Origin: Glaucostegus cemiculus
Lineage: Eukaryota
Assembly: GCA_976551045.1 (NCBI GenBank)
Contig: CDPCPM010000023.1
Location: 9,734,001 to 9,798,000 of the forward strand
Reading direction: 5' to 3'
Length of the DNA: 64,000 bases
Under the pieces are notes generated by a model, which worked only from the letters and a program-made list of their open reading frames with translations, was not told the DNA's origin and did not search any database. Numbering within the stretch: position 1 is the stretch's first letter; each line of letters begins with the position of its first letter. Positions 14,249 to 27,490 of the stretch are shown here, piece after piece. The translations under genes and the position numbers were made by a program.

Positions 14249-14590
14249 CAGCTCACACCCCCTTTCACGGCACTCCCCCCACCCCCACCCCTCAAAGACA
14301 CGCCTTCTCTTTCACAATTAACCCTTTGAGAGCTCCGAGCAGCGCCCGTTAACTTTTTGTTTTGTTTAAACGTGTTAAAGAGTTAGCACCGTTTGACAGT
14401 TGCTTCGGAGGGGCGGCGAGGAAGAGGGGCAGGAATTTCGCCCCCTCAGCCCAAGCTGGCGAGCCTGCCTCCTCCAATAGAAATCACTCGCTAGCCACAG
14501 GTTGCTACGCGACGCCACTTTAGCCACGGGTAACTAATTTCGCTGGCGCCGCCTCCCACTGTACAGGTAAACATGCTTCACGCGTCCTAA
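13640..14590 (-). promoter_or_regulatory. CpG-rich promoter and 5' UTR of CREB3L1
   Basis: Local CpG and GC enrichment against a CpG-poor background. GC boxes (GGGGCGG ~13947 and ~14410), CCAAT at 14474 (+) and 14158 (-), CT microsatellites 14163-14245. No minus-strand ATG between 13791 and 14571. The transcription start site cannot be determined. Confidence 0.75.
13692..13790 (-). CDS. CREB3L1: First coding exon of CREB3L1/OASIS (ER-anchored bZIP transcription factor), 33 codons MDILDNFGAEKLFAASSLVDLEDLNEADFLSNV; remaining exons lie beyond the left edge
   Basis: The peptide matches the vertebrate CREB3L1 N-terminus (human [34 protein letters not shown], recalled from memory). Strong Kozak context GCCACTATGG, phase-0 donor GTG|GTATGT at 13691, inside a CpG-rich island. 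No exon-2-like peptide (..AEHSYSL..) was seen in 1-13690. Confidence 0.9.
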
Positions 14591-16169
14591 CCAGGGATCA
14601 GAAAACAGCCACACGGTCTGAGCTGTGTGTCCACTCCTGCACATGGATGCAGCCACTGGGATGTTTACAGGAGCACCATGCACATCAACTGGGTCCATCT
14701 TACTCAAAGGTTTCAGTTACCAATTAGAAGCAGGATTGGATACATTGGGATTCCCAGTTAGCTTCGTGTGGTTAGTGGCTGACCTACTGATGGAGAATGC
14801 ACCATGCAGAAAATGGGCAACCCTGTGTGTGAAGAATAACAGAATAGGATAACACAATAGCTACAGCATGGAAGGAGACCATCTGATCTGTCAAGTCTGT
14901 TCTAGCCATAACAGAAATCTAGCTGGCTCACTCTCCTGTTCACACCATTCCCAGCAAATTCTCTCCCTTCATTCCCTTATCCAGATCCTACCTCCATTAA
15001 TACTCCTAGCAGTGCGTTCCATACACTAACAATACTGTGTAAAACAAACTTCCATGGCCTACTTCGGGATCTTCTGCCATCCTTGCTCACTCTTCTAACT
15101 GTCTTCAATGCATGTCCACTGGTCCAACTGGAGTAGTTTCTCTCTGACTTCCACCAGTGGGAACAGTTTCTACTCTATTTATAGACTTCATGGTGTTAAA
15201 TATTTCTATTAGTTCCTCTCACAGTTATCTATGCTCCAAAGAGAACAACCCCAGCTTTTCCAGTCTGAGCACATAACTAAGTCCCACATCCTTGGAATCA
15301 CTTTGGTAACTCCCTTCTGAAACCTTCACATCTTCCCAAAAGCATGGCGCACAGAATTGGACATGATACTTCAGCTGATGTACAAACTAATACTTCAGTC
15401 TCTTGTTTAGTGCCCTGGTTGCTGGCGCACAAAGCAAATTCACTGTGTCTTCCCAAAGGAAACATCCATTGCAGTGAGCCCATGAAACTAATTAGAGAGT
15501 AGGTGGATCCCACTGCTGTCCTCAAGTGAGTCCCAAACGGGGAAGCTCTCACATGACCTCTGGTGGCTGACCGGGGGATGCCAATCGTGCTCCCTGGGGT
15601 GATACGTCCCTGCGGGGTGAGAAACGAGGGAAGAGGGGAACAGAGTACTGCATCCTCAAATGAAAAGAGCAGTGAAACTTTATGGAATTCTATTGTTCAC
15701 AAACTCTAAAAAATTACTGCTTACTTGCAAACAAGACATGAAAATGTAAGAAGTAATTATGAGTTTTTATTAATGGTAGTGATTCACAAGTATCAGCAAG
15801 CATTTTTGTCTCAGAGTTGGAGTAGCCCTACTTCCTCAGCCTTCAGAAGGGGACAGGAGGGTGAGTGGGAGAATTTGGCACTGGTGTGTGTGTGTCTGTG
15901 TGTTTATATGTATGTGAGGAAAGGGGGGCAGCTTTTCTCCTTTTCACATCCAGGCTCATGAAGGTGCAGCTCAGCCCGATCCAGCCCTGGGAGCAGGTCT
16001 CCCCGGCCTGCCCACTGGCACAACAGCTGATTGCTCGAAACCTCCACAGGTGGTCCACCATGTCCACCTTTTCTCCATCTCTATGATGGTTACCGACCTG
16101 GGCCCACACAGGGTGATCTCTTCATCCACTTCCCCCTCACACTAATGTCGCTGTATGTCTTTCCAGATG

Positions 16170-16735
16170 GGTGTGTGCAACAGAGAGGTACAGTGTGTAT
16201 GTGTGCAGGAGAGAGAGAGGGTCAGTGTCTGGAGGACAGAGACAGTCAGTGTGAGGGAGAGAGTTTCAGTATGTGAGGGAGACAGTGTATGAGGGAGTGG
16301 GATCCTCTCTGTATGGGACACAGAGACGATCAGTGTGCAAAGAAAAGAGAGTGTATGAGGGAGAGAATGTACAAGGGAGAGAAAGCCTCTGTGTGTAGGG
16401 GACAAAGTAAGTCAATATGTAGGGGAGAGCAGTGTGCGAAAGAGAGAGTGTGCGCGAGAGAATGAGTGTGTATGGGAAAGAGAGAGTAGGAGGGAGAGAA
16501 ACCATCAGTGTGTGGGAGACAGAGAGAGTCAATGTGCAAAGAGAGTGTGTGGGGGACAGAGAATCAGTGTGTTGCAGACAGAGTCAGTATGTGAGGTGGA
16601 CAAAAAGTCTGTGCAAGGCGTGTGAGGGAGAGAGGAGTTGAATATGTGAATGAGAGTCAGTGTGTGAGGGAAAGAGAGAGAGGGGTTGAGTATATGAGGG
16701 AGAGAGATTCAATGTGCAAAGAAGAGAGACAGTAA

Positions 16736-16770
<35 letters not shown>

Positions 16771-16800
16771 TGTGACATAAGTATGTGAAGGAGAGTCAGT
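16170..16800. repeat. GA/GT-rich low-complexity tract ending in (GT)n(GA)n; similar tracts 12960-13580 and 20380-20800
   Basis: Direct inspection. Confidence 0.85.
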
Positions 16801-17859
16801 TGGTGAACAAATGTGTGGGGCAACACTGCACTAAAACACCAGGCCAAAAGATCGTGGTTTAGGCCTAATGATGCATAATCCACAATTTCCACAAAATCAC
16901 AATTTAGATCCCTTGGTTATTCGCAAAGATTTTACAGCTGCTTTCCTGTGTAAAAATAGATGTGCATATTTTGAAACTGAAATGGTCTTTAAGTCCAAAA
17001 TTGTCTGTGTTTATTTATTTCTGCTTCTATTTTTGAACAGGAGCATAAAATACAGTAATTCAAATAACCCAGCAAACCCTGGTGGCTTTAATTAATCTGT
17101 GGGTCAAACAGAACTGTGCCTGGACACAAAACCAAAATATTTTGGATGTTGGAATTCAGAATAAAAATAGAATATGCTGGAAATACTCAGTAAGTCAGGC
17201 AGTGTCTGTGGAGAGAGGAACTGTTTCTAGGACAGCTTTTTGGTGGAAAAGAAGTGTTTGAATGCTGATTATTAGTTCAACCACAAATCAAATAACAGCT
17301 TGCAGTGAGGAAGTGAAACCTTGTGAATTCTGAATCATCACAGTTTGCCTCTTAAAAACAGCAGCTCCCCCACGGTTTTGACAACATAGTTGTATTTGCA
17401 CATTAATTAAACATTGAACTTACTACAGAATCTTGTATCAGCCATGAATAACATGTACCCCTTAGTAATGTGGATTATTTAAGGATGTCATTCTTGCATC
17501 AAATCAATCATGTGTAGGATTTCATACTATTGAGTAGTAATTTCATTATTTTTTTCCTTTCTGCCCCTTTTGTCTCTTCTCTCTAAATCCAATCTTTCAT
17601 TGAGTCAGTATGTAATTTGCCACAGTATTCACCCACTCTAATTCATTCCCCATGCTTCTTCCAATGCTCATTCTTCACTCTTTTATTTGCATTGTTTAAG
17701 GAGATGTGCTGTTTGACCAGATGCTCACTGAAGTCCCAGATGCGCAGTTACCCTCGCACCACAATCAGCTCACACACTCAGCAGTTTTGTGGGCAGGTTT
17801 TTGCGAACCAACACGTGAATAAACATGTCTAAGAAACCAGAGCAATCTGCTCGATCCAA

Positions 17860-18620
17860 GGCTGCTGATCAAAGATCATTGGCAGAGGATGTAATGTAGA
17901 CAGGAGCATAAGATTACAAAATGACAATGAAAGATTAAGTGAATATACCAAGCCATGGCAGATGTACAGATGAGATCATCATTTTGGACCAAGAAAAAGA
18001 TAGGTCTGAGTATTTTTAAATGGTGAAAAGCTTACAATATTGATTCAAAGAACTTCATTGGTATATATTTATACTCAGATTACTAAAATATACCAGGAAG
18101 GCAAAGATAAAGATTAATAGAATGTTAGTCTATATTTTTAGAGCACTATAACATGAAAGGGACACATTTACACAAAGCCCTGGTTAGACTGAATGACTGT
18201 GTACAGTTTGGGCATTGCATCTTGGCTCTGGAAGGAGAGCACTGCTGATTCATCAGAATATTGACATTCATTCCAAGGCTCCAATTAGTAAGAGAACTTG
18301 TGTGAACTAGGCTAGTATTCCCTTGAAAATAAACGGCAAAGGGACAATTTGATTGAGTTTTTCGGATCTTGTAAAGAGTGGATGAGCTAGATAGAGGGAA
18401 GTTTTTTTTTTCTGCTGATGGGGCAAGCTAGTCATAATGTTGAAATCAGAGCTGAGCCATTAAGGTAAGAAGTTAGGAGACATTTCTTCATCCAATGAAT
18501 GGTAAACAGGTAGAGATATGAGACACAAAAGAAGTATATTCTTTGATTATTTATTATATCTGAACCCAATAGGATCAAGGTAGACAAAGTACACAGAGGC
18601 ATGGAACTAAGGCAGATCAA
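17860..18620 (+). mobile_element. Highly decayed CR1 fragment (others ~14840-15420 -, 20025-20210 +, 48780-49000 +, 49270-49700 +, 60880-61330 +)
   Basis: Nucleotide resemblance to the C-terminal part of the intact ORF2 in this window. Confidence 0.65.
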
Positions 18621-19747
18621 TATTCAGACCTGAAGGGTTAAACGGGTGACCAATCCTGAACCTATGTTTCCATGTTGTAAAAGAAGGGACTGCTGCAATG
18701 AAATTTGTACTACTTTCAGATCAATGGCTTTTCATCAGAACAGAATGAGAAGACCGGTTTTTAAACAAGGCGACATATAACATAATTATAAGTCAGAACG
18801 GGGATAACAGGGTAATTACACTGCCAATCAGAGAACATATCCACTGGTAAGTGACAAAGATTGAATTAAGCTATTTAATTTATAAGGAGCTATCCTCCAG
18901 CTACTGCATTATCTGGAAAAATGATCCTGCTTTTATTGGGAGAAATTACTAAAGTTTCATTCTTTAAATAAATTCTATCTTCGAAGTAAATTGATGCTGT
19001 TTGATGTCAAATAAAGGGTTGACTGTAGGCTCATACATGCCACTCATTAACTAATACAGAGTTATCAATATGGACTATTTAAACAAATATAGGGTCAGGG
19101 CAAAGGGGACAGAGATTGAACAAAAAGAGAAGATGTGATAGGCTGTTGGGCAGGCATGATGACATTACAAAAGATACTGCAAGGCAAAGGGGTTTTAATA
19201 AAAAATAAAGTTGGATCTAAAGAAGGTGCAAATAGTTAAAGCCATATCACAGAGTGAGAAGGGAGCACAGAACATCTTGCGAAGAATACTTATGTGCCTG
19301 GGAATGTGACAGAAGAAAGGTGAGTGGACACCTGTCCATCGGCCGAGAGGGGATTCCCACCAGCCATAACTCCTCCACTACCATTTCCTGAGAGAAAGTA
19401 GAGTTAGTGGCTAAAACCTGAAGTTATTACACACTGTACAAAGGCTGGAAGGATGTAAAATGTCTGGATGAGACGCAGTTCTTTGACCTTGCATTGAGCT
19501 TCATTGAAAAAGTATAGGATGCCAGAAACCAAACAGGAAGAATCTGGCAAGTAACTAGTGTGTAGGAGACATGCTTGTGGCCTGAACAGAAGTGCTGTAC
19601 AAAGTGTCTATCAATCTGTATGTGCTGTTCCTGATGTGGGGGATACCATTTAGTTAGTCGCAATTATGGCATATTGAAAGAAGTAGGTTGCCATTTCACC
19701 TGAACGAATGTTTTCTGTCTTAGATGTTGTTTTGAAAGGAGATGAGA

Positions 19748-20015
19748 TCAGATATCTTTATTAGTCATATGGACACCGAAACACACAGTGAAATACATCT
19801 TTTTGCATGATGATTTGGGGGGCAGCCCGCAAGTGTCGCCACGCTGCTGGCACCAACATAGCATGCCCACAACTTCCTAACCTGCACATCTTTGGAATGT
19901 GGGAGGAAACCAAAGCACCCGGAGGAAACCCACACAGACACAGGGAGAACATACAAACTCCTTACAGACAGTGGAATGGAACCTGGGTTGCTGGTGCTGC
20001 AAAGAGTTATGTTAA
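19748..20015 (-). mobile_element. V-SINE, same subfamily as 6479-6780
   Basis: Reverse-complement match to the V-domain and tail. Confidence 0.85.
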
Positions 20016-21040
20016 CCATCTCTGAAGTGGTTACCTCAGGGATCACTGCTGGGACCTTTGCTGTTTATGATATATATTAATAACTTGAATGCAAATGCAG
20101 GAGGTATGATTAGTAAGTCTGTGGATAATGTGAAAATTGGTGGCTATAGATAGTGAGGAAGGTTGTCTCAGTCTACAGCAAGATGTAGATCTGATGGAAA
20201 GTTGACAGGACAAGTTTCCTCTCTTTCATTTACTTGTTAAACTGCTGAATGTGGCTTTAACTGTGCATATTTGGCTGATAGCAGCAAATAAATCTTGTAT
20301 TATTTTATTATTTCTATTAAATAACATCAACAGACATGAGGAAAAGGATATTTAAGATCTGTTAAGAAAAAAAACATTGTTGAAAATAGGAACAAAACCA
20401 TAGACTGAACTGAAGTCATAAGAGAGAAAGACACAATAAAAGGCTGAGACAAATCCAGGAGAGAGATGCCAGAGGCAAAAAGACAGATATGGAGATAAAG
20501 TGAGATAGAGATAGTGAAATGGAGATTGTAAGCAGGATAAAGATAAAGACAGCGCAAAACAAACAGACAGAGACAGAAAATGAGAGGGCAAGAAACTAAA
20601 GTGGGGTATTGACAGAGGGAGAGAGAGAGTTAGCAGATGCACAAAAACAGAAAGTGAGATGGAGACAAAGAATGCGATGGATAGAGAGACAGAAAGAGGA
20701 AGATGGAAATTGATAGAGAAACAGATTGAAATAAAGACAGCTAAATAAAATTGTAAGGACAAATAGCAAACAAATGATTGAGAAATGACTATCAAGAAAT
20801 AGAAACACACAAGTACTTCATGCATTTTTATATGAAGTTCCTCTTCAAGATATCAGCAAGTTGCAAAGATTTAATTGATGACAATATTAATAAAGTTTCA
20901 GAGAATAAAATAGCAGGCATGGCAGAAGAAAGCTAAATCTTAATGTACTAAAAAACTAAGTGCCATGCTATGTAATAAAGTTTTCATATTGCATTATGTC
21001 CATGTGCATACATGGAGATGTCAAAAATGATCGTTTTAGA

Positions 21041-21326
21041 GGCAGGCATGGTAGTGTAGCAGTTAGCATAATGCTTTACAGTGCCAGTGACCCGGGTTCA
21101 ATTCCCGCTGCTGTTTGTACGTTCTCCCCACATGTCTGTGTGGATTTCCTCCGGGTACTCCGGTTTCCTCCCAGGTTCCAGAGACCTACAGGTTAGGACG
21201 TTGTGGGCGTGCTATGTTGGTGCCGGAAGCGTGGCGACACTTGCGGGCTGGCCCCCCAGAGCACTACGCAAAAAATGCATTTCACTGTGTGTTTCGATGT
21301 ACATGTGACTAATGAAGATCTTATCT
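21041..21326 (+). mobile_element. V-SINE, same subfamily as 6479-6780
   Basis: GGGTTCAATTCCC B-box, V-domain and GTACATGTGACTAAT tail. Confidence 0.85.
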
Positions 21327-22442
21327 AATTATTGCACTAATATCTCCAACTGCACATACACAGCACAAGAGGTCAGGATTGAATCCAGGTCACCGGAGCC
21401 ATGAGGCAGCAGCTCTAATAACTGCACCACTGAGCTGCCCATTCATCACAAGTAGCTGTGTTTCAAAACACTGGAGCACAGAATATGATATTTCAGTGGC
21501 ACAATCTTATTCAAACAAAAAGTCAAAAGGGAAATTCTTCACAGTTTTCAGGCTTGGCTTGGGATTGCTCCCTCACAAAAGGTTCCTTGAAAAGAAGGTG
21601 CATTAGCTATCCATGCCAGGGAGGAATCCTGCCCATTTTGTTGTAAGTAGTTCATACCTATCAGAGGGAGCCAAAATAAAAAGGTGCAGGGAAGAATTTT
21701 CAAGGCTGGCAAGAGGAAAAACTAAGAGCTGTCATATGTGGAAGAGGAGAGACAGGACAATCCACGATGTGGATAAAAAGATAGTAAGTTCACTCTAGAA
21801 CAAACAAAATACCTACTGGGTTTTTACGACAAAATGCCATTTTTTAAGCATCATCTATAAACCCAACATCAAAACACGGGAACCACATCAGAAGAAATGG
21901 TATCTCGGCAGGTACAACATCTGCCACCGAGGAAAACTTGTCCAGGCAGCCAGCATTGGTGCTGTTTACGGTCTATCTCCAGACAGGCCACACCCAGCCT
22001 GAATGTTACGGGACCAGCCCCAGACATTTCAGCGTGAGCCAAATGCCCTTTTAATTGACCACTGGCATTTTACGAAACAAACCTTGCTGTGGGTGGAATG
22101 TGTGTAGTAACAGTGCTGCACTGATATGCAATGGCACAGAGTGACAGGGTATTTACAGCAAGGAAACAGGCCATTTGTTACAGCAGGGCCATGCTGTAAC
22201 AAACCTTCTGCCGCACAATATCTGTTTGCATGCCTCTGACATCAGCACACAAAACAATTAACATAACAGGCACAACAGCTCATCTTCACGGCTTAAGAGT
22301 CAGCAGTACCAGCTTCAGAGTCCAACTGGCCGATGGCCACTTCTGCAGGGTACCAAGCTTGGAAACTGCAGGTACAGCAGAACCCCCAAAATGGATGGGA
22401 AGAATCAGCTGTGAGGAAGAAACCAAACAGTGTTCTTTATTT

Positions 22443-22506
22443 AATTTTATTCAATTAGTTTAAATAAATTTTATTCAATTAGTTTAAATAAATCAGTTTA
22501 AATAAT
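22443..22506. repeat. AT-rich 25-bp tandem duplication
   Basis: AATTTTATTCAATTAGTTTAAATAA x2 plus a partial copy. Confidence 0.8.
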
Positions 22507-23404
22507 TTTAAATGTGTGTGTGCCTGCTTCAGTGTTTTAATGTTTGAAACATTTTACTTTTTATTAGTCCTCAGAAGACTGGGACTGAGGTCACACAGGA
22601 AGGAGCAGCATTTCTCATGGGCATGTGGAGGGCAGCTTTGGCAGCTGGCCAGTCGACGGGAGGTCTATTTACAGACTAGCCCTTCAGTCCTCAGTTAAAA
22701 TGTGGCCTGGTATGGTGAGGGTCTACCAAGCTTCCCACCCAGGTGGGAAATGGGGCCCACAGGTCCATTGCCTGCATTAACAATATGTTGGAGAGTGTTT
22801 ATATTCTACATATTAATCAGTTAGTGGCCTACTGGCAAGAACAAACAAAGGGTGGCTCGGTGGCACAACTTGTAGAGCAGTTACCTCACAACTCCAGTGA
22901 CCCAGGTTTGATCCTGGCCTCCAGTGCTGTCGGCAAAAAGTTTGCATGTTCTCCCTGTGGACTGCATGGAGATCTGATCTCCTCTCCTATCCCAGAGACT
23001 TGTGGATTGGTAGGATAATTGGCTACTGTAAATTCTCCCCGGTGTTTGTGAGTGGCAGGAAAATCAGAGGGCAGTTGGTGGGCACGTGAGAGAGAATGGG
23101 TTACAGGGAGACAAGGGGGGGGGATGGGATTAGTGGGAATGCTCAGAGCCAGCAGAGCTTTAATGGTCTGACTAGCCTGCCCCTGCATCATAAGAAAATA
23201 TGAATATAGGTAAAGTATGAATAAATATGAATGTGGCCTCTTAGTGAACCCTCCCCGGCAGTGGAAAGATCAGGGAAGAGTGCATCACTAGCACAGGTGT
23301 CCACAACCAACAAGCTTTACTTTAGCAGCCTGCCTCTACAATTGTCTTTTGTGCATTTTCCTTTGCATTTTCTTCCTTCGATTGCTGCACAGTCCTTCCC
23401 TGCC

Positions 23405-23527
23405 TTCTGATACACTGTATTTCCCTATTTCTTATGTACTGTCCGTCCCTACTTGTGATCTACTGTACTTCCCTACTTCCGAAGTACTGTATTTCCTTAC
23501 CTCTGATGTACTGTACTCCCCTGCCTT
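23405..23527. repeat. Minisatellite, ~5 x 24 bp (TTCTGATGTACTGTACTTCCCTAC)
   Basis: Direct inspection. Confidence 0.85.
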
Positions 23528-25535
23528 CTGCCACAGTTCTGGATTTTCAAAAGCCAAACAAAAATCAGCTGAAGGAAAAGGTGAAATACCATTTCAGTTT
23601 ACGACGGCGTCTGGAAACAATGGTTTATTCATCCTTGCTTGATTTATTTTCCTTCTCCTTTTAGCTTAGCAGGGATGCTGGAAAATTGTGTGAAAAGTGC
23701 CATTAAATAATTGCGGACACATTTTATACCATGAACAGGAAACCACCAGCAGTTCTAATGCATGTGAGACTCAACCAAGTAACTGGACTAAGTGCAAAAT
23801 GGACTATGATCCATCTCTGCAACTGTCTTTTGATTAGTTGTTGTCACTTAATTGCCTTTTAATAGAATAGAGGCTGATCGGAATACATGGGCCATTGCGT
23901 CCTGCATTCACTGCCACACATCCCTTGAGTCTAGTGTAAACAGCAAAGAATCATTTTTACTATGGTGTTTCTTGATTTTTTTTATAATATTTTATAATGA
24001 GATGGTGTTTTTTAGTGTAGGCTCTAAGGAGCACAATGCCCAGTCTGTACCTGTCAGTAAAATTAACAAAAGTGTTACCTTAAAGTGTCCAGGAGGGTGC
24101 AATAAATACCACTCCGCACAGATGTCCTGGCCCATTGCTTACAATACATTTCCATTCACCAATATCCCCACATGCTCTTGAAGTTTGACACTTCCTCCCT
24201 CCCATGATAAGTGTAGATGCAGTGGCCTGTTTCTATGCTCCATCACTCGAGGACTGCCATCCCCAGGAGATATCTTGATTTGACTCGACAAGGTCTTGGT
24301 CTGATCCTTAAAGATCTGACAATGCCTCACGCACTACAATGGACCCTACCCAACAAAGGTTCACTGCTAGCTTCTCCAGGGCAAGTGAGGATGGGCAATA
24401 AATGTAGATGCAGAGAAATGTATAAATTTTTTAAATACCTTTTTATGTTCACCCCTCCTTCTACTCTGGCGCCTTTTTTTTTCCTCCAGTAGCCTAAGGT
24501 CATTACCAGGAAGAGGACAATGATGATGAAAACATACCATTATCATCCAATATCGAACAGTATTAACACTCTGCATAATATAAGTAATGCCTGATGCCCA
24601 GCGCTGTAGCTTAAGCAGCAACCACTTAGTACCTGTCAGTTTTCAAATGCAGACAATAGGTGCCTGCTGAGGGATTGGAATGCCTGTCGGCTCCTATTCT
24701 TCCAGTAGCTTGTGCTTCTGTCATTTTTCCTGTCCTGTATTGCAAGGGAACTGCCAAGATTCTGGGAGCAGCTCCCTTGTGCAAATGCCAGGCAAGGGCA
24801 GGAGGCACATGGAAATACCACCTCCCCTCGTTGCCTTCCGAGTGACCTCCAGGAATTCCTATCCTGACTTGGACAAAGATGGCTGTCCACTCCTCACTGT
24901 TGGGCCTAAATCCTGGAACATTTACCATGCAGACTGCAACAGTTTAGGGTGATGTCTCACCATCACTTTCTCATGGATATTACAGGTAATATTTGATGAC
25001 CATGCATGCCATGTATGAATACAAGATGGAAAGGCAGAGCTAAATATTAGATTATTACTAGCAGTGAGCAGGTAGTATAGAATTCCTCGATTTCATGGCA
25101 AAGTTTCCAGATTTCAACCAACTGGATTATACCTCTCCAGCCCTAACAGACAATTGTGCACATTTGGAGTACTTACAGACTCTTCCAAAGGAGATGCACA
25201 TGTTCATGTGGTCACACACAGTGTTCTAAAAGAAAGTACATTTCTGCATTTAATGCCTTAGGATATTTCAAAGTACAACAAAGCTACTTAAGTAATTTTG
25301 ATATGTAGACGTTGTTGTAATGCAATAAACACAGCAACCAATTCACACATTGCAAGCTCCTACAAACAGTAATGAAGTAACTGGCCAGATAATCTTTATT
25401 GGTAATATTGGTTGTGGGATAAATGATCATCATACTCTAAGCTCCTCTATTTATCTGTGTATTTTGCTATTGTTTCACAGGATATAATCATCACTGGCAA
25501 GATTAGCATTTTTTGAACAACCTTAACTGCCCTTG

Positions 25536-25943
25536 TGTTATGATTCGGAGTACTGGCCCTTGATTTGGTTCCTTAGATGCCTTGTTGTACAGCACATGGA
25601 TTCCATGCTGGACTGATTGCATAATGACACACACCTGAGCCCCATCAGGGGCCTAGCATAAGTACCTGGGTTTCTCTAGCACTAAGGGCCAGAGGATTGG
25701 TCAACTGTCAGGTATATGTTGTCTTCTAGCTGCTTAGAGTGGTCTACTCCAGAGCAGTCCTGTGTTCTCTATTCCTGCTTGAAGATTCAGCTTGTGTTGG
25801 GATTACTACTCAGATCTCCAAGGCAAGATTCCTTCCAGTTGCTGCCTGTGTTTGGTCCTGAGGAAGTATCCTGACTCCAGTCTTATACCAGTGTGCTGCA
25901 TTTGGGTTCTCTGTGAGCTTGCTCTTCAATCAACATTGTGACA
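25536..25943 (+). mobile_element. Solo LTR (Gypsy-like), 408 bp
   Basis: Termini TGTTATGA...TTGTGACA; exact 5-bp TSD CCTTG (25531-25535 and 25944-25948); GTGCTGCATTTGGGT near the 3' end; interrupts an older repeat. Confidence 0.8.
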
Positions 25944-25994
25944 CCTTGAGAAGGTCAAAATGAGCTGCCTTCCTAACTGCAGTCCAATGTGAAA

Positions 25995-26480
25995 GCCAAA
26001 GTTGAGATTATTGTCATATGCACAAGTACATGTATGCACAGGTGCAATGTAAAACTTACTTGCAGCAGCATCACAGGCACATAGCATCATATAAGCAGCA
26101 TTCACAAGAAAAACATAAATTAAACATAAATTATACATAATTTTTACAAGAAAGAACACAATTAGAACAAAACAAAAACAAAGGCCATTTTAGTGCAAAG
26201 TCGTCATAGTGTTGCTAAACTGTAGTGAATTGAGTTTTGCCAGTTGGTTCAAGAACTGAATGGTTGAAGGGAAGTAGCTGCTCTTGAACCTGGTGGTGTG
26301 GGTCTTCAAGCTTCTGTACCTCCTGCCCAATAGAGCTGTGAAAAGATGGCATAGCCCGGATGGTGGGGATCCTTGATATGGTTGTTGCCCTCTTGAGACA
26401 GCGCCTCCTGTAGATACTACCAATGATGGCGAGGGATATACCCATGATATACTGGGCAGAGTCCACTACTCTACAGCTTT
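25995..26480 (-). mobile_element. Rex1-type LINE 3' end
   Basis: RVVDSAQYIMG..RRRCLKRA and GRRYRSLKTHTTRFKSSYFPSTI; 3' UTR ends GTGCATATGACAATAA. Confidence 0.8.
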
Positions 26481-27314
26481 GCACTCATCGTACTCTTGAC
26501 ATGTGCACTGTAGATGAAAGGAGGGCTTTCAGGTATCAGGAGAAAATATACAAAGAGACACATAAAATGCTACAAATTCCAGGTCAGAGCTGCAGGAAAT
26601 GCCCAGTTCAGGCAACGTCAATGGAGAGAATGACAATATTACAGATGAATGACATCTAGTAAAGTTCAGAAGGATCTAGGAGTTTCAGTGGCATGTTGTG
26701 ATGAGGACATTGTGATCTGCAACAGGATTGAGTGACTGGGCAAAAACCTGACGAATGGAGTTTAATGAGGTCTGAGGTCATGCACTTTGGTAAGAGGAAT
26801 CAAAAAGCAGATTACTGAGTTTATTAAAAGGCAGTGAGTGAGACTGCAAATGAGTGAAGTTCAGAAGACAGGTGTTCTAGTACATAAATCACAAAAAGTT
26901 AGCTTAAAGGTCTAACAAGAAGTTAAGAAGGCAAATGGCATGTTGGCCTTTTTAGCAAAGGGGTTGGAGTTTAAGAACAGGGAGGTTTTGTCACAGTTGC
27001 ACAGGGTGTTGGTGAGGCTGCACCTGGAATACTGCACGGTTTTGGTCCCCTTACCCAAAAAGAATATGGTAGCATGGAGGCAGTCTAAAGGAGATTGACC
27101 AGGCTAATTCCTGTGATGAGATGTCAGATAACTTGGGTTTGTATTCTTTGAAGTTTAGAAGATTGTGGAGTGACCATATTCAAAGGTCTAAGGCCCTAAG
27201 GGGGCTTAACAGGGTAGATATTGAGATGTGTTCATTAGGAGGAGAGTCATGATCAAGAGGACGTAGCTACAAAATAATGGGCCAGTCAATTAAAGCTGAG
27301 GCACATAGAAATTT

Positions 27315-27490
27315 GAGCGAAATGCTGGAGGAACACAGCAGGTCAGGTAGCATCTATGGAGGGAAATAAACGGTCGATGTTTCGGATCGAGACCTTTCCT
27401 CAGGACTGATGCTACCTGACCTGCTGAGTTCCTCTTGCATTTTGTGTATGTTGCTCCAGATTCCAGCATCTGCAGAACCTTTTGTGTCTC
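27315..27490. mobile_element. Short fold-back Penelope-derived insertion with a 14-bp TSD, inside a CR1 fragment
   Basis: Inverted arms 27320-27354 and 27408-27442; TSD GCACATAGAAATTT (27301-27314) and GTGCATAGAAATTT (27491-27504). Confidence 0.75.
27371..27408 (-). ncRNA. Minimal type-I hammerhead-ribozyme-like motif (decayed)
   Basis: CAGUC-CUGAGGA-AAGGUCUCGAUCC-GAAAC-AUC-GACCG: CUGANGA and GAAA core, short stem II, stem I CAGUC/GACCG with one mismatch, AUC in place of GUC. Confidence 0.6.

Noticed and set aside
14474-14528. Possible ER-stress element (CCAAT...CCACG) upstream of CREB3L1
   Set aside because: Spacing is far from CCAAT-N9-CCACG.
22174-22203. Perfect 12-bp hairpin TTTGTTACAGCA-GGGCCA-TGCTGTAACAAA
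   Set aside because: Isolated and next to a CR1-tail remnant; most likely a template-switch artefact.
23405-23527. Regular short repeats as a possible CRISPR array
   Set aside because: Head-to-tail minisatellite without unique spacers, in vertebrate DNA.
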